A model generated the notes under the pieces. That model worked only from the letters and a program-made list of their open reading frames with translations, was not told the origin of the DNA and made no database searches. Source: a virus (taxonomy: Duplodnaviria > Heunggongvirae > Uroviricota > Caudoviricetes). Taken from it: DNA of 12,105 nt. Both the position numbers and the translations under genes were made by a program. The stretch's first letter is position 1, and every line of letters starts with the position of its first letter. The DNA is taken from positions 1 to 12,105 of the IMG/VR virus record IMGVR_UViG_2609459833_000011. One strand, given 5' to 3'. Below, one piece after another: positions 7,170 through 12,105 of this stretch.

Positions 7170-7194
7170 AATGCAAGCTCCCTGCATTTTCTTG
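7170..7194 (+). terminator. Weak candidate intrinsic terminator downstream of the cargo operon
   Basis: Stem aatgca (7170-7175), loop agctccc, stem tgcatt (7183-7188), then ttcttg. Short AT-rich stem, so low confidence. Confidence 0.2.
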
Positions 7195-7518
7195 TAGGGG
7201 GCATGCTATTTAGAATAAGCTTATGGTCAAGATTAAATTATGAACTGCTATTTTGATGGGCTGTTTATTATATTGGGGTTGTTTTCTTTTTGAGTTTTTA
7301 TGGTTGAGATGAACGTTTGTTAAATGTTTTAACACCCTTTGTTACAACATTCATCATTTTTACTGTTTGCTAACATGATGTTAGACTGAAATTATTAATT
7401 TGTGAAACTAATCATCTAATTTAACAATACAAAATTGAGATCCAATAATCAAAATGCCATAATAATGTCATCGGAGCCTGAACAACTCCGGTGACTTCTG
7501 CGCTAAACGGGGACGTTT

Positions 7519-7620
7519 ATGCGCACATACAATCCAAACTCTCTTCTCCATTCACAGATGCAGAAATGCACCTGCGTTTTTTTGCATCCAGCGTCTGACC
7601 TCTGTGGAGGTGAAGCGTGA
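7519..7620 (+). CDS. ylcH: Small ORF (33 aa) immediately upstream of and overlapping the ybcN start; ylcH-like by position and size
   Basis: ATG 7519 preceded by GGGA (7510-7513); in-frame stop TAA at 7504 bounds it upstream. Its stop TGA 7618-7620 overlaps the ybcN GTG 7617 (GTGA). Product [33 protein letters not shown]. Synteny recalled from K-12 DLP12, not verified. Confidence 0.4.
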   Translation: MRTYNPNSLLHSQMQKCTCVFLHPASDLCGGEA

Positions 7621-8072
7621 ACCTACCACAAGATGGCATCAAACTGCATCGCGGTAACTTCACCGCTATCGGTCAGCAGATCCAGCCTTATCTGGAGGAC
7701 GGCAAATGCTTTCGCATGGTGCTTAAACCGTGGCGTGAGAAACGCAGTCTTTCCCAGAATGCACTCAGCCACATGTGGTACAGCGAAATCAGTGAATACC
7801 TCATCAGCAGGGGGAAATCGTTCGCTACCGCAGCATGGGTAAAAGATGCTCTCAAACACACATACCTCGGTTATGAAACCAAGGACCTGGTTGATGTCGT
7901 AACCGGTGAAATCACCACTATTCAGTCGTTACGCCATACCTCCGATCTTGATACCGGAGAGATGTATGTCTTCCTGTGTAAGGTTGAAGCCTGGGCGATG
8001 AATATTGGCTGCCACCTGACTATTCCGCCGAGCTGCGAGTTCCAGCTGCTGCGCGACAAGCAGGAGGCGTAA
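7617..8072 (+). CDS. ybcN: YbcN-like protein (NinB-family recombination/base-flipping protein of DLP12-type prophages)
   Basis: GTG start with SD GGAGG (7606-7610). Product [15 protein letters not shown]…[16 protein letters not shown]… matches my memory of DLP12 YbcN and carries the NinB-like S-x-x-QN-x-x-x-W motif. First gene of a nin-type block. Confidence 0.8.
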   Translation: MNLPQDGIKLHRGNFTAIGQQIQPYLEDGKCFRMVLKPWREKRSLSQNALSHMWYSEISEYLISRGKSFATAAWVKDALKHTYLGYETKDLVDVVTGEITTIQSLRHTSDLDTGEMYVFLCKVEAWAMNIGCHLTIPPSCEFQLLRDKQEA

Positions 8073-8242
8073 TGGCTACACCGCTTATTCGTGTCATGAA
8101 CGGGCACATTTACAGAGTACCAAATCGTCGTAAGCGTAAACCTGAGCTGAAGCCTTCCGAAATACCAACACTGCTAGGGTATACCGCCAGCCTGGTTGAT
8201 AAAAAATGGTTGCGACTGGCAGCAAGGAGGAATCATGGCTGA
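8072..8242 (+). CDS. ninE: NinE-like small protein (56 aa)
   Basis: Below the ORF-track size cutoff; found by manual translation: [56 protein letters not shown]. The basic RKRKP and the YTA…W…WLR pattern resemble lambda NinE. Start overlaps the ybcN stop (TAATG). Confidence 0.6.
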   Translation: MATPLIRVMNGHIYRVPNRRKRKPELKPSEIPTLLGYTASLVDKKWLRLAARRNHG

Positions 8243-8525
8243 TTTGAGAAAAGCAGCGCGTGGTCGGGAATGCCAGGTAAGAATCCCTGGCATATGTAAT
8301 GGCAACCCTGAAACGTCTGTACTGGCACATATCCGGCTGGCTGGATTGTGTGGTACCGGTATCAAACCGCCAGACCTGATTGCCACCATTGCATGTTCTG
8401 CCTGCCACGACGAAATCGACCGCCGCACACATTTTGTCGATGCTGCATATGCAAAAGAATGCGCGCTGGAAGGTATGGCGAGAACACAGGTTATCTGGCT
8501 GAAAGAGGGGGTTATTAAGGCGTGA
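8235..8525 (+). CDS. ybcO: YbcO-like protein (DUF1364-type, putative nuclease of DLP12-type prophages)
   Basis: ATG 8235 with SD AAGGAGG (8224-8230), giving 96 aa: [32 protein letters not shown]… with Cys/His-rich content. The ORF-track start at 8196 lacks an RBS. Overlaps the ninE 3' end and the rusA start. Confidence 0.8.
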   Translation: MADLRKAARGRECQVRIPGICNGNPETSVLAHIRLAGLCGTGIKPPDLIATIACSACHDEIDRRTHFVDAAYAKECALEGMARTQVIWLKEGVIKA

Positions 8526-8884
8526 ATACCTACAGCATCACATTACCCTGGCCTCCGAGCAATAATCGCTATTACCGCCATAATCGCGGACGCACGCACA
8601 TCAGCGCAGAGGGGCAGGCATACCGCGATAACGTCGCCCGAATCATTAAAAACGCAATGCTGGATATCGGCCTGGCTATGCCTGTGAAAATCCGCATTGA
8701 GTGCCACATGCCGGATCGCCGTAGCCGTGACCTGGATAATCTGCAAAAAGCCGCTTTTGACGCACTCACTAAAGCAGGTTTCTGGCTGGATGATGAGCTG
8801 GTCGTTGATTACCGCGTTGTGAAGATGCCTGTTACCAAAGGTGGGAAGCTGGAACTGACCATCACTGAAATGGGGAATGAATGA
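8522..8884 (+). CDS. rusA: Holliday-junction resolvase RusA
   Basis: Product [67 protein letters not shown]… matches E. coli RusA (120 aa) from memory. GTG start overlapping the ybcO stop. Confidence 0.9.
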   Translation: MNTYSITLPWPPSNNRYYRHNRGRTHISAEGQAYRDNVARIIKNAMLDIGLAMPVKIRIECHMPDRRSRDLDNLQKAAFDALTKAGFWLDDELVVDYRVVKMPVTKGGKLELTITEMGNE

Positions 8885-9021
8885 TGTTTGAGTTTAATAT
8901 GGCAGAACTTCTTCGCCACCGCTGGGGGCGTCTGCGCTTATATCGTTTCCCCGGTTCTGTTTTGACCGATTACCGAATACTGAAGAGTTACGCCAAAACC
9001 CTGACAGGAGCAGGAGTATGA
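8881..9021 (+). CDS. ylcG: YlcG-like small protein (46 aa)
   Basis: Below the ORF-track cutoff; manual translation [49 protein letters not shown] overlaps the rusA stop (ATGA). Matches DLP12 synteny rusA-ylcG-quuD as recalled. Confidence 0.55.
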   Translation: MMFEFNMAELLRHRWGRLRLYRFPGSVLTDYRILKSYAKTLTGAGV

Positions 9022-9106
9022 AGTCAGAGATAACAATCAACTAATACTGTTTTGTTGATTTTTGCTTGTAATTGGCGTTTTGGTCTGATTTTTGTGGAGT
9101 AAGTTG

Positions 9107-9490
9107 ATGCGTGATATTCAGATGGTTCTTGAGCGTTGGGGAGCGTGGGCGGCTAATAATCATGAAGATGTGACCTGGTCGTCCATTGCCGCCGGTTTTA
9201 AGGGATTAATTCCTTCAAAAGTAAAATCTCGCCCGCAATGTTGTGACGATGACGCGATGATCATTTGCGGGTGCATGGCCCGTCTGAAAAAGAACAACAG
9301 CGATTTGCACGATTTATTAGTAGATTATTATATAGTCGGTATGACATTCATGTCACTGGCAGGTAAGCATTGCTGCTCTGATGGTTATATCGGGAAAAGG
9401 TTACAAAAGGCTGAGGGCATAATTGAAGGGATGTTAATGGCATTAGATATCCGGTTAGAGATGGATATCGTTGTTAATAACTCTAATTAA
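9107..9490 (+). CDS. quuD: Late-gene antiterminator Q (phage 82/DLP12 QuuD type)
   Basis: ATG 9107 with SD GGAG (9096-9099), 127 aa: [33 protein letters not shown]…[16 protein letters not shown]… with Cys-rich Zn-binding-like motifs. The ORF-track start at 9092 is TTG. Confidence 0.85.
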   Translation: MRDIQMVLERWGAWAANNHEDVTWSSIAAGFKGLIPSKVKSRPQCCDDDAMIICGCMARLKKNNSDLHDLLVDYYIVGMTFMSLAGKHCCSDGYIGKRLQKAEGIIEGMLMALDIRLEMDIVVNNSN

Positions 9491-9523
9491 TACGCCAATT
9501 ATTTACTAAAAGTTATTAAAAAT

Positions 9524-9541
9524 GGGGCGTTGAAACGCCCC
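9524..9541 (-). terminator. GC-rich hairpin GGGGCG-ttgaaa-CGCCCC; T-tract follows on the minus strand (possible second or bidirectional terminator)
   Basis: Perfect 6-bp GC stem. The minus-strand reading gives hairpin followed by AUUUUUAAUAACUUUU. The plus strand has A-rich flanks only. Confidence 0.35.
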
Positions 9542-9632
9542 CAAAAATAAAGGGTAATATATAACAGAAGGTTTGTATAGTTAGAAGCAAGGTTGTGCTT
9601 CTAAAGGAAGTGGCTTGAGGGAGCCATTTATA

Positions 9633-9657
9633 TGTGGGGGAGGCAAAGCCCCCCACA
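9633..9657 (-). terminator. Candidate intrinsic terminator of the porin gene
   Basis: TGTGGGGG (9633-9640) pairs with CCCCCACA (9650-9657) across a 9-nt loop; sits 22 bp past the porin stop on the minus strand, followed by a U/A-rich stretch. Confidence 0.45.
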
Positions 9658-9678
9658 ACATATCTTTTAGTAATCAAA

Positions 9679-10761
9679 TTAGAACTGGTAAACCATACCT
9701 ACAGCAACGATATCATCGGTAGCAACGCCAGATGCTTTCGTGAAATCGCTCTTATCAATCAGGTTGATTTTGTAGTCAACAAAAGTGGACATATTTTTGT
9801 TGAAGTAATAGGTTGCACCTACATCAACATATTCAACCAGGTCCTGATCACCCCAAACACCCAAGTCTTTTCCTTTAGAATGCAGGTAAGCAACGGATGG
9901 ACGCAGGCCGAAGTCGAACTGATATTGTGCAACAGCTTCGAAGTTTTGTGCTTTGTTGGCAATATGGTTATTACCAAAAACAGTCATGTTCTGGGTTTCA
10001 GAATAGGTGGTGGCCAGATAGATGTTGTTCGCATCATATTTCAGACCAGCTGCCCATACTTCAGCATTTTGACCAGAAGCATTCAGACCGTTGTTACCGT
10101 AGATAACCTGATTATTAGTGCGATCAGATTTAGCATAGGTTGCACCCACGCCGAATCCTTCATACTCATAAGTAGTTGAGAAACCGAAACCATCGCCATT
10201 AGCTTCAGTTACTTCATTTCGGTCATTTTTGCCCTGATACTGAGCTGCAAAGTTCAGGCCATCAACCAGACCAAAGAAGTCGTTGTTACGATAAGTTGCA
10301 ACACCTGTGGTGCGACCAGTCATGAATACATCTGTTTGGGTCCAGGTATCGCCACCGAATTCTGGCAGAACGTCAGTCCACGCACCGATGTCGTATGCTA
10401 CACCGTAGTTACGGCCGTAATCGATTGAGCCGTAGTCACCGAATTTCAGGCCTGCAAATGCAAGACGGGTTTTGTCTTTGGAGGAACCTTGAGATTCAGC
10501 GCGGTTGCCTTTGAATTCATATTCCCACTGACCGAAACCAGTCAGTTGATCGTTGATTTGGGTTTCACCTTTGAAGCCAAGACGGGCATAAGTAGTATCA
10601 CCATCATCTGCATCATTAGAGGAGAAGTAGTGCTTAGCATTAACTTTCCCGTACAGATCCAGCTTGTTACTGTCTTTATTATAAATTTCAGCTGCCTGAG
10701 CAGACATCGCCATCAGTACTGATGCAGCTACAGCAGAAATTGCCACTGTTAATTTTTTCAT
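9679..10761 (-). CDS. nmpC: General diffusion porin of the OmpC/OmpF/PhoE/NmpC family, prophage-borne (moron)
   Basis: 360-aa product with signal peptide [23 protein letters not shown]|AEIYNKD and hallmark porin segments (…[10 protein letters not shown]…[14 protein letters not shown]…[23 protein letters not shown]…) ending in the C-terminal Phe (MVYQF). Opposite strand to flanking phage genes. Symbol assigned by DLP12 synteny, not exact identity. Confidence 0.85.
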   Translation of the reverse strand: MKKLTVAISAVAASVLMAMSAQAAEIYNKDSNKLDLYGKVNAKHYFSSNDADDGDTTYARLGFKGETQINDQLTGFGQWEYEFKGNRAESQGSSKDKTRLAFAGLKFGDYGSIDYGRNYGVAYDIGAWTDVLPEFGGDTWTQTDVFMTGRTTGVATYRNNDFFGLVDGLNFAAQYQGKNDRNEVTEANGDGFGFSTTYEYEGFGVGATYAKSDRTNNQVIYGNNGLNASGQNAEVWAAGLKYDANNIYLATTYSETQNMTVFGNNHIANKAQNFEAVAQYQFDFGLRPSVAYLHSKGKDLGVWGDQDLVEYVDVGATYYFNKNMSTFVDYKINLIDKSDFTKASGVATDDIVAVGMVYQF

Positions 10762-11349
10762 CGTGAGCCCTTTTTTTTGAACTATTATTAAAAAATGATG
10801 TCACTGCGCGATAAATATTCATCTAATCAATGTGATTATTTCAAGATGTAAGTTTTAGTTTCTCATTTAATTTGTGAAGTAGATCTCTATTTTTATCTGA
10901 ACTTTTTCTATCGAAACCTATTTATGGCTCTTATTTGAACAAAAATAAACCTATTAGCTAATTTATATTAATGGCTGTTATTTATGGGGATTCTATAATT
11001 CGGCAGTTTAATTTAAATCAACTAAAAATAACGTCTGAAATTATTTATTGGTTATTTGTTGAGGTTTTCTTATGTATTTGTGGTGGTGTTTTGAACACTC
11101 GGTAGCATTCTCATAAATATCATTCAGTGGTTTACGTACGTAAAAAATTGGTTATGCTGTTAAGAGTGGTTACTTCGTCACACAGCTTAAACCCGCCGTC
11201 GAGCTGGTTTTTCCATTTTTTGAGTCTCGATATTAGCTGATAACCCAATACCTGAGTTATTCACTGACTCCGAGTCTGTTACGTTTCTGCTTTTTTGTGA
11301 TACGTTGTATTCCCTCAATTTACACCCGCTTTGTCTGCGAGGTGGGGTT

Positions 11350-11565
11350 ATGAAATCCATGGATAAGTTAACAACGGGTGTCGCCTATGGCACCTCAGCA
11401 GGTAGTGCCGGTTACTGGTTTTTACAGCTGCTCGATAAAGTCACGCCCTCACAGTGGGCAGCAATAGGTGTGCTGGGTAGCCTGGTATTTGGCCTGCTGA
11501 CGTACCTGACAAATCTTTATTTCAAGATTAAAGAAGATAAGCGCAAGGCTGCGAGAGGTGAATAA
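11350..11565 (+). CDS. essD: Class II holin (phage 21 S21 pinholin family) with dual-start motif
   Basis: [71 protein letters not shown] matches the S21 pinholin family from memory; Met1-Lys-Ser-Met4 gives the antiholin/holin dual start. SD GAGGTGG upstream. Stop overlaps the endolysin start (TAATG). Confidence 0.85.
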
Positions 11566-11741
11566 TGCCTCCATCATTACGAAAAGCCGTTGCTGCTGCT
11601 ATTGGTGGCGGAGCAATTGCTATAGCATCAGTGTTAATTACTGGCCCAAGTGGTAACGATGGTCTGGAAGGTGTCAGCTACATACCATACAAAGATATTG
11701 TTGGTGTATGGACTGTATGTCACGGGCATACAGGAAAAGAC
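11565..11741 (+). pseudogene. rrrD: SAR endolysin (phage 21 R21 / RrrD type), N-terminal 59 codons only, disrupted by IS2
   Basis: [59 protein letters not shown] then TAG, whose first base is the IS2 terminus. N-terminal SAR (signal-anchor-release) segment is present but the catalytic domain is cut off. Confidence 0.8.
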
Positions 11742-12105
11742 TAGACTGGCCCCCTGAATCTCCAGACAACCAGTATCACTTAAATAAGTGATAGTCTTAA
11801 TACTAGTTTTTAGACTAGTCATTGGAGAACAGATGATTGATGTCTTAGGGCCGGAGAAACGCAGACGGCGTACCACACAGGAAAAGATCGCAATTGTTCA
11901 GCAGAGCTTTGAACCGGGGATGACGGTCTCCCTCGTTGCCCGGCAACATGGTGTAGCAGCCAGCCAGTTATTTCTCTGGCGTAAGCAATACCAGGAAGGA
12001 AGTCTTACTGCTGTCGCCGCCGGAGAACAGGTTGTTCCTGCCTCTGAACTTGCTGCCGCCATGAAGCAGATTAAAGAACTCCAGCGCCTGCTCGGCAAGA
12101 AAACG
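11742..12105 (+). mobile_element. IS2 insertion sequence, left end; element continues right of the window
   Basis: Sequence from 11742 (TAGACTGGCCCCCTGAATCTCCAGACAACCAGTATCACTTAAATAAGTGATAGTC…) matches the IS2 left terminal region as I recall it, followed by the InsC reading frame. Confidence 0.9.
11833..12105 (+). CDS. insC: IS2 transposase OrfA (InsC), 3'-partial
   Basis: ATG 11833 with SD GGAG (11824-11827). Product [91 protein letters not shown]… matches IS2 InsC from memory. No stop before the window end. Confidence 0.85.

Noticed and set aside
6641-7176. Minus-strand ORFs 6641-6826 and 6991-7176
   Set aside because: The first is antisense within the HAD gene; the second is an AT-rich low-complexity frame spanning the HAD stop with no RBS.
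7558-7587. Imperfect palindrome with a T7 run (atgcagaaa…tttttgcat) as a tR2-like terminator
   Set aside because: It lies inside the ylcH-like ORF and the stem closing before the T-run is only 4 bp; cannot decide between coding and terminator roles from sequence alone, so not annotated.
7623-8769. Antisense and alternate-frame ORFs across ybcN, ybcO and rusA (7623-7859, 7633-7842, 7922-8107, 8094-8432, 8174-8428, 8543-8746, 8572-8769)
   Set aside because: All overlap confidently assigned genes whose products match known protein families; treated as shadow ORFs.
9035-9063. Hairpin aatcaac / gttgatt plus TTT between ylcG and quuD as a tR4-like terminator
   Set aside because: AT-rich 7-bp stem with a 12-nt loop and a short T-run; too weak to annotate.
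9634-10722. Plus-strand ORFs antisense to the porin gene (9634-10179, 9897-10106, 10489-10722)
   Set aside because: The minus-strand porin has a signal peptide and hallmark porin segments; the plus-strand frames are shadow ORFs.
11181-11225. T-rich stretch (ggtttttccatttttt) after a short dyad as the late-operon tR' terminator
   Set aside because: Only a 5-bp stem with a 14-nt loop; no convincing Q-dependent promoter upstream. Left unassigned.
11634-12098. Minus-strand ORFs 11634-11876 and 11898-12098
   Set aside because: The first spans the endolysin/IS2 junction antisense to both; the second is antisense to IS2 InsC. Neither has an RBS or recognisable product.

Overview
This window reads as a mosaic lambdoid prophage segment from an E. 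coli-like enterobacterial chromosome, bounded by two insertion sequences: the 3' end of an IS3-family element at the left (1-405) and the 5' end of IS2 at the right (11742-12105). Left to right: an AT-rich hypothetical gene in the rex-equivalent slot (its 3' end runs into IS3), a cI-type repressor, operator/promoter region, cro, a cII-position gene, lambda-type replication genes O (with internal ori iterons) and P, then about 3 kb of AT-rich cargo carrying two translationally coupled phosphohydrolase genes (a 548-aa calcineurin-like metallophosphoesterase with an unassigned N-terminal domain, and a 278-aa HAD-superfamily hydrolase). A DLP12/phage-21-type late region follows: ylcH-like, ybcN, ninE, ybcO, rusA, ylcG, Q antiterminator quuD, an antisense porin moron (nmpC-like), S21-type pinholin, and a SAR endolysin cut after codon 59 by IS2. 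The phosphohydrolase cassette is the strongest candidate for an undescribed accessory (defence or counter-defence) module; the IS3-truncated gene next to cI is a second candidate. All identities rest on reading the translations and recalled family motifs and synteny; no database search or composition calculation was run.
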